A DNA stretch of 61,271 nucleotides, the filler included. It is 10 parts of 10 records of this genome, joined end to end, with 100 filler letters (N's around TTAATTAATTAA, not from the genome) between each part and the next. Parts side by side here need not be neighbours in the genome. Positions count along the whole stretch, not along the records: positions 18,905 to 24,108 come from SRR31147125_354221; positions 24,209 to 29,671 come from SRR31147125_354745; positions 29,772 to 35,962 come from SRR31147125_365830; 7 more parts are not named here. The stretch is one strand, 5' to 3'. How positions within the stretch are numbered: the first letter of the stretch is position 1; every line of letters starts with the position of its first letter. Of the stretch, positions 22,006 through 33,164 are shown piece by piece. The notes beneath the pieces were generated by a model. The model searched no databases, was not told the DNA's origin, and saw only the letters and a program-made list of their open reading frames with translations. The position numbers were made by a program, and so were the translations under genes.

Positions 22006-23139
22006 ATGGTTCGAATTCCGATTGATAAAGAATACCTGAAGAACACGCTGCTTGCTCTTTTAAATATTCATAGTCCTTCGGGCTATACCGATCAGATCGT
22101 CCATTTTGTCGGCCATGAATTGCAAAATCTGGACATTGCCTACAATGTCACAAGGAGAGGTGCTATTCGTGCAACGCTTAAGGGGCGTGAGAGCCAATGC
22201 GATCGGGCCATTGTAACTCACCTGGATACCCTTGGGGCGATGGTCAGGAAGTTGAAGCCCCATGGAAGGCTTGGGATCGCACCCATCGGTACCTGGCCCA
22301 GCCGTTTTGCCGAGGGAGGGCGGGTGACCATCTATAAAGAGAGTGGGCCATCGCGCGGTACGGTTTTGCCGCTTAAATCATCCGGTCATGCATTCGGTGA
22401 TGGTGTCAACACCCAGGCAACTGACTGGGACAACCTTGAGGTCCGGGTCGATGAGGACGTGGCAGACCTTCATTCACTCGAGCAGGCCGGTCTGCAGGTG
22501 GGTGATTTTGTAGCCTTTGATGCATTTGCCGAAATATCTGCCAACGGGTTCATCAATGCCCGGCACCTCGACGATAAGGCCGGTGTGGCCGCAGTTTTAG
22601 CAGCCGCCAAAGGACTGGTTGTCTCCAACGCGCAACTGCCGGTCGACTGCCACCTGATTTTTACGATTTCAGAAGAGGTGGGGTCCGGAGCATCTTCGGC
22701 AGTGTATGGAGATGTCGGTGAGATGGTCGTTGTAGATAATTCACCGGTAGCCCCGGAGCAAAATGCCACCGAGTTTGGTGTCACCATCGGCATGATGGAT
22801 CAAACCGGACCTTTTGATTTTCATTTGAGCCGCAAGCTTATAAAACTATGTCAGAAGTACGATATTGCGATGGAAAAGGACCTGTTCAAGTATTATCGGA
22901 GCGACTCGGCTTCGGCAATAGAAGCAGGGAATGATGCACGTACGGCATTGGCCTGCTTCGGTGTGGATGCATCCCATGGGTATGAGCGGACACACATCAC
23001 CTCCTTGATGGCCGTTGCCGATTTGATGACCTTATATATACAAAGCACGCCCACGTTCAGCCGTGACAAGGATGACATGTCCTCTTTGAACGGCTTTCCC
23101 CATCAATGCGAGCGTGATATCATTCAAATTGAAACGTAA
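22006..23139 (+). CDS. NAGGN-system M42 family peptidase
   Basis: SPSGYT, HLDTLGA, RHLDDKAG, SEEVG, YRSD, DASHGYER. Third gene of the asnO-ngg operon. Confidence 0.88.
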   Translation: MVRIPIDKEYLKNTLLALLNIHSPSGYTDQIVHFVGHELQNLDIAYNVTRRGAIRATLKGRESQCDRAIVTHLDTLGAMVRKLKPHGRLGIAPIGTWPSRFAEGGRVTIYKESGPSRGTVLPLKSSGHAFGDGVNTQATDWDNLEVRVDEDVADLHSLEQAGLQVGDFVAFDAFAEISANGFINARHLDDKAGVAAVLAAAKGLVVSNAQLPVDCHLIFTISEEVGSGASSAVYGDVGEMVVVDNSPVAPEQNATEFGVTIGMMDQTGPFDFHLSRKLIKLCQKYDIAMEKDLFKYYRSDSASAIEAGNDARTALACFGVDASHGYERTHITSLMAVADLMTLYIQSTPTFSRDKDDMSSLNGFPHQCERDIIQIET

Positions 23140-23192
23140 CTTTCAATCCTTCCCGGTGCAGGATCCGATAAAAGACAGATCAGGAGGGTACC

Positions 23193-24108
23193 GTGGTAAC
23201 GCAAAAAGCGCTTATCGGAAATGAGCTGATGAAAGAAATCATCTCCATTCGCGTGGATACGCTGTGGAAAATGCTGGTACAGTTAAAAGAGGGCACATTC
23301 CCGGGGACATATGAAGAGGGCGCCACAGGCAAGTTGGACAATAAAGGGGCGATATTCATTCCCGGAGGGCTGATATACCAAGATGTGGATGAGCTGCCGA
23401 TTAATTACAAGAAGCGTGGATCCATGGGGCCCAAGGTTTTCGAAAAGAAGTGCGCGAGGCCATGCAGTATGACAATGCAACCCTTCTTTTCCCAGATGGA
23501 ATAGCTTCGGGGATTAACCTCGATGGCGGCTTTTTTTCCAAAGCCGCCAAACGCATCTACACCTTCAAAAAAGCTGCTTTCAGAAGGAAAATGAAAATTG
23601 GAATCCATCATCACCTGAAAGTTACACCGGATGATATCATCCACAGTCATTGCCCGCCCTACATGAATCCACCTCATGGCGCCCGAACACGCATCAGCAC
23701 CTGTGCAGCCGTCGGGCTGGTTGATCCACCCCTCTTTTTCTCATACTGTGAATCGGAATTTAACCTGTCCCCAGAGGCAGCCGGGAGGTTCGCCCAGAGA
23801 CTGGATGACAATCAGGAGCCGGTCAAGACCAACAGAGGTGATATCCTTTATCCACCATATGTCGTCGTCTGTCACGACACCCGCTATAAAGAAACCAGTC
23901 TGACCGGACTCATACGAATATTGGGTATTGGCAAATTCGGCGAATTCGCCACGCTCTCCTTCGAGGCGGTCAACCAATCACTGATAGGCGAACTCAAACG
24001 CAAAAAGCAGACTTTTACCCCTGAAGACATATACGCAGAATTTGAGGATGACAGCATAGTGTGTCTCCTGCGCATCTATTCTCCGACCAATCCTGGTCGG
24101 CGGTCACA
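23193..24108 (+). CDS. Hypothetical protein with divergent DAC (DisA_N)-like motifs (frameshift near 23440; 3'-truncated)
   Basis: GGAGG RBS. The joined reading gives KGAIFIPG...EVREAMQYDNATLLFPDG...HGARTRIS...YVVVCH...TGLIRILGIG. Confidence 0.55.
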
Positions 24109-24208
24109 NNNNNNNNNNNNNNNNNNNNNNNNNNNNNNNNNNNNNNNNNNNNTTAATTAATTAANNNNNNNNNNNNNNNNNNNNNNNNNNNNNNNNNNNN
24201 NNNNNNNN
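24109..24208. other. Artificial contig linker
   Basis: N44-TTAATTAATTAA-N44. Confidence 0.98.
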
Positions 24209-25607
24209 AGATGCTCGGCCTCCAGCATGACAATGGCCTCTCCCGTAATGCACTCGCGACGAAATGCATCGACATGGGCAGAGAAATCATGTTCCTCCAG
24301 CCACGACACAACACGTTCCACATCCCACGACGGAACATCCGAAGTCGAAGCTGAAGACAACGATAAGGACGGAGGGAGCGGGAGGGGTGGTGGATGACCC
24401 ATGGAAAGGCGACGAGCATGAAAGGCAAGACGAAGACGATCCACAAGACGATCCACCCCAAGATCATTCTGAAGATCCGAGTCTCCCACACGCAGAAGAA
24501 GCGCTCCTGTCACGCCGTGCTCACGAAACGACGGCGCATGGGATGAAAGACCAAGGGCATCCAGAAGAACACACACATCCGATTCATCAAAAGGTGGTGC
24601 GTCCACGGCCACACGATCGCGCCACGCAGCAAGTGTTCTTTCCTTCTCTGTGGCTACATCACGCGCTTCCTGCAGCATCCGCTCGGCACGCTCAGACATT
24701 TCACAACGGGATGAATGCTGATCCGTCGCCTGGCAAAGCGTCTGCTCCAATTGTGCGAGCATCTCGTTTCCCTCCACCTGCAGCACACGAAGGCCTTCGA
24801 TCTGCTCCTCTAATGCATGCAGGCGATCTTGAAGATCCTTGCGTTCATGTTCAGCTGCTGCAATGCGCTCTCCAATCTCCTTCTGCTTTTCGCTTTCAAT
24901 AGGAAGACGCTCCTTCATGGTCTGCAAGTGTTGCTCAGCTTCCGTGAGGGCGTTTTGGGCGGTGTGTGCTGCCATTTGTGCTTCCTTCACATGATTCTGT
25001 GCGGCTCGCACAGCGGAAACCGGAAGCAAAGATCGCGTTGTAGCTCCCAGCAGCAGGTGGCGAATTTCATCTGTCTTGGCCACATCAAGTACTGTCTTCC
25101 CATTCTACGTGTGTGTCATACGTGATGTTAGAACACGAGAGAAACAGGAGAAACAAGGGGAAACAGAAGAAACCGATACGACACCTTATTGCAGATGTCA
25201 AGGCAGGCTCCGTAGTCAACAAGACACTGAACAACAGGCATATGGCCCTTGCGAGACGCCAGATGAAGAGCCGTTGAACCGTGCTTGAGGGTGTATTACC
25301 ACGGGGAGCGACTCGTACACAGGACGTACTGCGTTTCCGAGGTCGAGAGAGGCCCCGTGGTCGACGAGGCACTGCACAACGGAGGAATGACCACGATAGG
25401 CAGCCTCGTGCAGCATCGTCCATCCAATCTTCCCAGGCGACGTCACACACACCCATCTCTACACCCATCTCCACACACACACACACATACACTATTCCCT
25501 TTGTTGATGTCAAACTTGGATGCACTACCTCGCTTCCCTGCCACCAGAAGCATCTCTACTCTCCATATATCCCCCTCTTTGACGGCATCACGAAGACTCC
25601 GACGCAT
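24209..25607 (-). CDS. Eukaryotic ankyrin-repeat, coiled-coil and tandem SAM-domain protein (spliced; 3'-truncated)
   Basis: Exons GWTMLHEAAYRGH, HGSTALHLASRKGH and NGKTVLDVA are separated by GT-AG introns. Heptad-rich helix follows, then SAM motifs FREHGVTGALLL...DLG and WDVERVVSWL...FRRECITGE. Confidence 0.75.
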
Positions 25608-25755
25608 CGGAGGGGAAATGAGAATCACACAATACAGTGTACAACACAGTAGATCACACCAACGCGGGTGGCTGAGAGGCCTCAGCAGCATCTGTACGTG
25701 GCATTTTCCAAAGAACCTCCGCAGTCAGCAGAGTCGCATTGGTCCCACTGGAGGC

Positions 25756-28700
25756 CTACGGGAGACGGGAAACTTCACTACAGGATCCATCCAGACAGAG
25801 AGAATTCTTGTGGCGCACCTTGATGACACGGCGGATTTTGCGTTTGCCACCCTGTAAGGCTAGAGACTCGTTGGAAACAAAGTGATTCACGTCGATTTCT
25901 GTGACTCGGTCCTTGTTTGGTGCACTCAGGGCACTGCTCCCAAACAAACACACGAATCCCTCCACTGATTGATGGCGACACGTAATGACACCAAGGACAC
26001 ACAGAACGATGATCCCCATCACATACCCATCACCACGGCGGTATGGACCGTGCCACAAGAAACTTGAGAGGGTGTACCGGGGATGCTTTGCACGTGCGTT
26101 GGAACGCTTCGGGATTTCGTGGCGTGTCCCAGACCGAGTTGTCCGGATGTCCCTTGTGTGCGCATTTCTTCATGTCACATACCGAATACACCACTCCTAT
26201 CTCAATGCACCTGCTCCCCATGTGTAGAGAACGTTCTTGCTAGTGATACACGCTGTGTGTTGAAATCCACAGGATACATTCCGCACAACGTCCTTCTTCA
26301 AACGTTTCACTTGTGTTGGGAGAGCGCAATCGCGTTCATCATTGTGTCCCAGTCGTCCCTCGCCACCAGAGCCCCACTGACCGGGAATTGGCACACACAC
26401 ATGGCATTCGCATCATACCGTGAAGAGAAGACCATTTTCATCAATGGCAGCCACGTGTGACGTCCCACAACAAATTGATGTGATATGGTGACCCCACAGA
26501 CTCCGCAAGTACAGTGGTGTATCCTGAACGCCCTTGTCGTGTCCCAGTCCCAGACGACCCGTCCATCCAGTTCCCCAACTCAACACAGATCCAACACCTT
26601 GGTGGTGGTTTGATTCGTGGAAGAAGGTTGGTTGGTCCACCACCACCACCACCACGTACGTGTGAGTGCAAACGTCTGTCCTTCACCACACGAGGATGCC
26701 GTGACAAATACATCGCCCTTGGGAAAATGAACAAGCCTATATGAAATTCGGTCAAGAAGAACGAGTCATCAGAGGGTTCAACGACCGCACATGGGAATGA
26801 GAAACGATTGCGCATTCCCGTGTCCCAGACGACCATGACTACCCGCTCCCCACGTATACATCCGACCACCCTCTGTGTGACGTCATGAGAAGAGAACAAC
26901 GGCGTCAACAACCACAGACGCCATGTACCCGTCTGACATGCCGAGTGCTGGGACCCACAACTTGCTGAGCGGACCTTTTCGTTCCATTCGAGCAATCGGT
27001 GGACGATCTCTGGTATTCCACGGTCTACAAGATCCCCCAGACCCAATTGTCCGCAGTCGTTGCGTCCCCAGGCATGGAGGACGCCACTCTCTGTGCAAGA
27101 ATGAGTATTCCACTAATCTGATGAGAAGAAACAAACCCGTAACAGCTTTGACAGATCATCTGGTGAGTTATACACCACCATCACCCCACCTCACCTCACC
27201 CCACACACCCAATGCATGATCCGTCCCCAATTCTAAACTGGTGATACGCAGCTGACGTAAGGAAGAAATCACAGTGGGAATCGTCACAGTGGATCTCGTC
27301 CCCCCGGTCCCTGTCTGCCCGCTCGTGTTGGCACCGAAGGCCCACACCTCGGTACCCACGGCATCTGAGAGAACTCTCAATGCCAAATCGAAACGATGAC
27401 TCAAACAGATACCAACCAGTAGATAGACAGGCTTTGGAGGACGTATCAACGGGGTGTGATTCGTAGATGTTAAACGGATCAGAGGAGGAACGGGCTCGGC
27501 CACGTATTCCCTTGGTACGCAGAAAGGCATCAACAGGTTCGGGGGTGATTGCTTGATTGATCCTCGGCGAGTCTGAGGGGTTCGTTATCGCGAGTGAGAA
27601 GTACGAAATCAATCGATCGCTCATACCGAGAAGAATGTGTTGAGCGACCCCTTGCTCTCCGGTAGTACGGTCATAGATCAGCTTAAGCAATTCCTCGCGG
27701 GCCTGGGAAACAGCCTTCGAAACGAAATGCATCGCTGAATCATTCATGAGATGAGTCACAGACCCACAAACATGGCACGCCACACACATCCGGTACGCGC
27801 GTTGCGGAAGGTCATGACAGCAACCTCCTCATCGTCTGTTGCCTCCTTCCGATGCTTATCCCCATCTATTCCCAGGATACGAGAAGCTTTGTCGGCCACC
27901 GACTTGGCCTTTTTATGGGACGGACTAAGAACGAAGACGAGCATCGACTCTCGTACCAACATACTTCATGTGTACTAGGAGTAGCGGACGTATCAAGAGC
28001 ATCCAGAGCACCAAGATCCGAATCCGCCCGACTAGGTGATCAATTGAGAACCACAAATACACATACCCACACGCATCCAACCATCGGCGCAAGCGGCCAC
28101 GGCACTCGGGACGTTGCAACTCGCGCAGCATGTTCAATCGTTCGGGAGTTAGCACTGGTACATTGGCCTCCTCCTGCTCCTCTTGCTGGTGTCCAAGAGA
28201 AGAAAGATTCCCGTCTCCCGTTCGAATGAGATGAACTCCGCCCTTAGAGCCTTGTGCACATCCTGTGTGAGATCCTTCATCTCCGAATCCAATCCCTACC
28301 GTTTCCTGGGGCTTGCTCCACATCAAACGCTGATACCTGATGGATCATTATGTACGTAGTGGAGGGGAGGTGCCTCGTGTACATACATTGTTGACGAATC
28401 TACAGGCGTTCCAGAAAAGGGCAAGGACGAAATGTTTGTGTGCAGGAGGGGACACCGACGCTCGAGGTGGGCTGCTAGCGAGGCTGAGGGGGTCGTACAC
28501 CTCCAACCGGTGTTGATTGGGGCCTTCGTGGTAGAGTTGGAGGCTTGGGAACGTTCCGAGTGATGTGCAGGGCCTCAACAGCTCCCGTCGTTTCACAGCG
28601 CCTCATCCCGGGCTCGTAGGGTGTGTGTTCCTGTTTCAGATCCTCAGGACGAGTGTGTCGGAATAGGGCGGAGCGCAAAGATCCTCGTTGTGCTGCGGGC

Positions 28701-29098
28701 CGGGGTGGAGGAGACGTCACAGCCGTCTCGTCCAGCACGTTCACCCTCACAGAATCCCCGTTTTGAATCCCAGATGCACGGAGAGTTTGTGTTGGATCCA
28801 ATTTCGTGCCGGTGGCGTCCACAAGACTGAAGGAACGCTTGGGGACTTCGATGTGAAGTTGGTCACGCACTGAAGAACCGCACCAACCAACCGTTACACG
28901 ACGTGACGTGACGTGGATCCTACACACATTGCGTCTTCACGTCATCGACATCCATGTCTAACGACACCTCGACATTCACGCTGTGCTGTGGCCAGGATTC
29001 CCCTTTTGAATTCATTCTCCCATACGTCGGGGACTGTACGCCCCACCTACCTGATCAGAAATCTGTACACACAGCGTCACGGTCCCATGCCCCGACAT
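25756..29098 (-). CDS. Eukaryotic RCC1-repeat protein with probable N-terminal ubiquitin-like domain (spliced; boundaries approximate)
   Basis: RCC1 blades VWAFGANTSGQTG, SCGSQHSA, WGTGWTGRLGLG, CCGTSHVAAI, WGSGGEGRLGH, SCGFQHTACIT. UBL-like KLDPTQTLRASGIQNGDSVRV. Joining these into one gene is inferred. Confidence 0.6.
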
Positions 29099-29671
29099 GC
29101 CAAGAATCGAGAGGAGGATCTCCCCGAGAAAGCGTCCAGGTGGAGGATCCCTTGTGATCCGCACACAAATGGGGTGATGGGACTACCCCGTAAATGAAGG
29201 GCTGCCTTCCATCCTCATCTTATCTAATCGTCCTATCCCTCCCCTTTCCTTTCCTTTCCCTTTCCACCCGGTGCGTTGGGGACACAGGGCACGTCCCCCC
29301 TATCATACGTGTGGGGGTGGGGGATGGAGTCTGGGAGGGTGGGGAGGGAGTGGGTGGGACAGGACTTGCGTGTGAGTGATGATGGAGAGGTGCCCGTGCC
29401 AAGAGGGGGAGGGGGTGTTCCGTTCTGCCGTTCCCTTACTCCGTGGGGAGGATCTGACGTCTCGTTGGGAACCCACAGGGAACAGCACAGAACGATGGCC
29501 GGCTTGAATGTGCAACAAGTTGAGTACCGCACCCCACGGTCGGTGAGCAAGGGAGGATCCAGTGATCCGCTCTGTCCCGAATCCCCACGAGGGGGATTAA
29601 GCCATCGCCCCTCCGCCATTCGCTTCATGGCGGCGGCCGACGTCGAGTACACCGGACCGGCCCATCAATCC

Positions 29672-29771
29672 NNNNNNNNNNNNNNNNNNNNNNNNNNNNN
29701 NNNNNNNNNNNNNNNTTAATTAATTAANNNNNNNNNNNNNNNNNNNNNNNNNNNNNNNNNNNNNNNNNNNN
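29672..29771. other. Artificial contig linker
   Basis: N44-TTAATTAATTAA-N44. Confidence 0.98.
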
Positions 29772-29922
29772 TTTTCTGCGGTTTGCGCAGACTTTCATAT
29801 ATAAAGAACGGATTAAAACAGACCAGTCTCAAAAATCAGGCCAAACAGTAGGATAGGAATTCGTCCATTGTCAACCTCAATATGCCACTTAATGCATTAC
29901 TTGATTATTCAACCGTTTTTTT

Positions 29923-31103
29923 TCAGACCTTCCTTGATGAAAAGCTTTGGTCGAACGCCTCATCGTATTGCCGGATCATCGTCTCCCATGCATAGCGGGC
30001 CATTTCTTCGGCAAGGGCATGCCGAATATCCTGAAACGCCGCCAAGTTGACAAGCCGGGTTTCAAGTTTACTTTCAAATTCTTCAAAAGATGAGTAGAGG
30101 ACATGGGGGTGAAACTTTTCGGGAATAATTTCCGGATATGAGAGTCTGTCGGGTAACAAGGGAAGGGCACCAAAGCGAACTGCCTCCACAACGGAGATGC
30201 CGAAATTTTCCTGAATGGCGGTACTCACGACGAGATCCCCCCGACCAAGCCACTGAAAATACGCTTTACGGGACTCGACATGCCCCGCCACCACAATCTC
30301 ATCTTTGAAACGGCGGCACGCGTCGTGAAAACTTTCGGGCACCTCACGGAACCGCTCTCCAAGCAGCGCCAGACGAAACGCCACCTTTTTCTCTTTCATC
30401 CTTTCAAGGACCTTGAAAAAAATATCCGGCTGCTTGTCGAACTCCCATCGATGGTTCCATATAATAAGCGGTGGAGCGTTGCCCCTCAGATCACTCTGGA
30501 TTTCGGCCCCTTGTTCCCCCACCGCTCTCCCGTCATGTTGGCCGATATGTTCCGGATTTCCATGATTTTTTGAACCTGAAAAAGAACACCCCGGATACAC
30601 CACCTTCGCTTTTTCACGAATCCTCTTCCCTACCCAGCCGACCCGGGCATCGGGCATCCGCTTCATCAGGTTCGATGCGGCACGGATAAAGGCATTGAGA
30701 TGGCTATGGGAATTGAACAGAAGCGTTCGTGCCCCAAGTGCAGTGGTAATATTGGTAATCCCGTACTGAAAATCGATCGTTTCTCCCGGTGCAAGGGGAT
30801 AGGTCAATTGGTTTTCGTGAAAATAGACCAAACAGGGAGGGAATGCAGGGCCCCCCAGTGCCATGAGATCGGTCAAATCAATCATATCCGTGGTGACAAT
30901 ACCGTCATAGCGGGAAACGTCATCGATTTTCTCAGAGAAATAGAGTGCGGCCCCCGCATCCGCCATTTCCAAAACCGGGCAGGCAACGCGGCAAGTTCGA
31001 TATGATGCCGGGAGTGCGCGATCAATCCCGAAGTAAAGTGTTTGTGTGATCCACCGTAAAACGGTTCAATAAAAAGAAGATTCAACGATTCAATACCGGA
31101 CAA
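29923..31103 (-). CDS. DUF3524/GTDC1-like GT-B glycosyltransferase (frameshift near 30952)
   Basis: EPFYGGSH, LPARFWKWRMR, YFHENQLTYP, FNS, IIWNHRWEFDK, STAIQENFGISVVEA, PDRLSYPE. Confidence 0.85.
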
Positions 31104-31212
31104 GAGATTTGCACCCTAAAAAAAACAAGACGAAAAATTGACAACAATGCGATACACAGATAGTTCCGATTCGATATCATGATAGACGCCCCCGTTCAAG
31201 AGCATTTTTAAC

Positions 31213-31241
31213 TTGACAATTGAGCATTTTCACCATAGAAT
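31213..31241 (+). promoter_or_regulatory. Sigma70 promoter of rplU-rpmA-obgE
   Basis: TTGACA (31213-31218), 17-nt spacer, TAGAAT (31236-31241). Confidence 0.7.
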
Positions 31242-31307
31242 TTCGGGATTTTTAAATTTGACGAAAGTCAGTAGAATATATATTTGTCTTTTAAGGAGAT
31301 GTTCAGA

Positions 31308-31619
31308 ATGTATGCTGTAATTAAAACCGGTGGAAAGCAATACAAAGTCCAGGAAGGCGACACCCTGAGAGTCGAAAAACTGGAAGGCGAGACCGGATCC
31401 AAAATTGAATTCAACGATGTGCTTCTCTATTCTGACGGGGAAACCATCACTTTGGGAGCCCCCATCATTGAAAATGCCGTTGTCAATGCTCAGATTGTAG
31501 AGCAGGCCAAGGCGAAAAAGGTACTTGTATTCAAATACAAACGCCGGAAAGGATATCGCAAAATGAGAGGCCACAGACAACACTATACGGCTGTCAAAAT
31601 CGATTCCATCACTGCATAA
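31308..31619 (+). CDS. rplU: 50S ribosomal protein L21
   Basis: MYAVIKTGGKQYKV...KYKRRKGYRK..GHRQ. Confidence 0.98.
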   Translation: MYAVIKTGGKQYKVQEGDTLRVEKLEGETGSKIEFNDVLLYSDGETITLGAPIIENAVVNAQIVEQAKAKKVLVFKYKRRKGYRKMRGHRQHYTAVKIDSITA

Positions 31620-31684
31620 TCATCGGACTCAACCGGAATCAATCCCTAAAAGGTTGGGTCTGATCATCAAAGGAGGACTTCAAT

Positions 31685-31939
31685 ATGTCACATAAAAAAG
31701 CAGGCGGTAGTTCAAAGAACGGTCGCGATTCAAACGCCCAACGGCGCGGAATTAAAAAATACGGCGGAGAGAACGTTGTTGCCGGTAATATTCTGGTCAG
31801 ACAGCTTGGAACCAAAATTCATCCCGGCCAGAATGTCGGCATGGGAAAAGATTACACTCTCTTTTCATTGATCGACGGCAAAGTGGCTTACGAACGAAAA
31901 GGCCGAGACAAGAAGAGAGTCTCTGTTTATGACGCGTGA
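31685..31939 (+). CDS. rpmA: 50S ribosomal protein L27
   Basis: [16 protein letters not shown]...GNILVRQ.GTK.HPG.NVG.GKDYTLF. Confidence 0.98.
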   Translation: MSHKKAGGSSKNGRDSNAQRRGIKKYGGENVVAGNILVRQLGTKIHPGQNVGMGKDYTLFSLIDGKVAYERKGRDKKRVSVYDA

Positions 31940-33005
31940 AATTCATAGATGAAGCCATTATCACTGTCAGGTCCGGCAACGGCGGCCCCGGATGCGTCAG
32001 CTTCCGACGGGAGCGGTTTATCGAAAAGGGCGGACCTGACGGTGGAGACGGCGGCAACGGCGGGAGTGTCATCTTCAAGACCGACGCTTCCAAGCGGACA
32101 TTATACGACCTTCGCCGTCAAAAACTGATCAAAGCCCCCAACGGCACCCCGGGAGAGGGAAAACAGCGACACGGCAGAAACGGTAAGGATCGTGTGGTTG
32201 AAGTGCCCCCCGGAACACTGGTGACCGATGCCGACACCGATGAACCCATTGTCGATCTGACCGACAAGGATCAAACATTTATCGTGGCCGAAGGCGGCAT
32301 TGGGGGCGAGGCAACAAACGATTTGCCACTGCTACCAATCGGGCCCCCCGGCATGCCCAGTCCGGAATTCCCGGTACGGAACGACGCCTCAAACTGGAGC
32401 TGAAGCTTCTTGCCGACGTCGGACTTGTCGGCCTTCCCAATGCCGGAAAATCCACACTGATCAGCGCCATTTCCTCTGCCCGGCCCAAAGTCGCCAACTA
32501 CCCCTTTACCACATTGAATCCCTCCCTCGGCATGGTTGAGCCTGAATTTGGAGAGCCGTTTGCCGTGGCGGACATTCCCGGTATCATCGAAGGGGCCCAT
32601 GAGGGCACCGGTCTCGGAATTCGCTTTCTCAAGCATGTGGAACGCACCGGCATCCTCATTCACCTCATTGACGTCTCTGAGATCGACCCGGAATCCCCAT
32701 TGGATGCATTCAATCTCATCAATCGGGAAATGTCCCTCTACAGTGATACCCTGGCTCAAAAAGAGCAACTGGTGGTTCTCAATAAAATTGATCTGACGGA
32801 TACCCAACCCAAAATCGATGCATTTATTGCCGCCTACGCCTCTGAGATGTCAGCGTCCAGAAAGGCTTCGGCATCATGGGATGAGGATGCGTCCAATGCC
32901 CCCAACGTGTGGACCATTTCCGCAGCAACCGGCAAAGGCATCCGAGATCTTGTCAAACGGCTTGCCCATCAGATCGCCCAAGCCAACCAATCGGAACACC
33001 CATAA
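31936..33005 (+). CDS. obgE: GTPase Obg/CgtA (frameshift near 32305)
   Basis: [37 protein letters not shown]. Confidence 0.96.
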
Positions 33006-33117
33006 ACAATCGGGAGTACGCCTTACGGACGATTACCCGAACAATATTGATTGCCGCTTGATTTCCAATCGCCGCCGTTCGGATTCTTCTCCGAATCCAA
33101 ATATCCATCAAGTCCCC

Positions 33118-33136
33118 TCAATATTCGGAATATTGA
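33118..33136. promoter_or_regulatory. Perfect palindrome upstream of proBA (candidate operator)
   Basis: TCAATATTC-G-GAATATTGA, ending 28 nt before the proB ATG. Confidence 0.4.
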
Positions 33137-33164
33137 CCCTACAGAGGTGAAAACAAAATAAGCG

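Noticed and set aside
29493-29671. Possible start of another eukaryotic gene on the plus strand
   Set aside because: It is short and truncated, with no recognisable domain.
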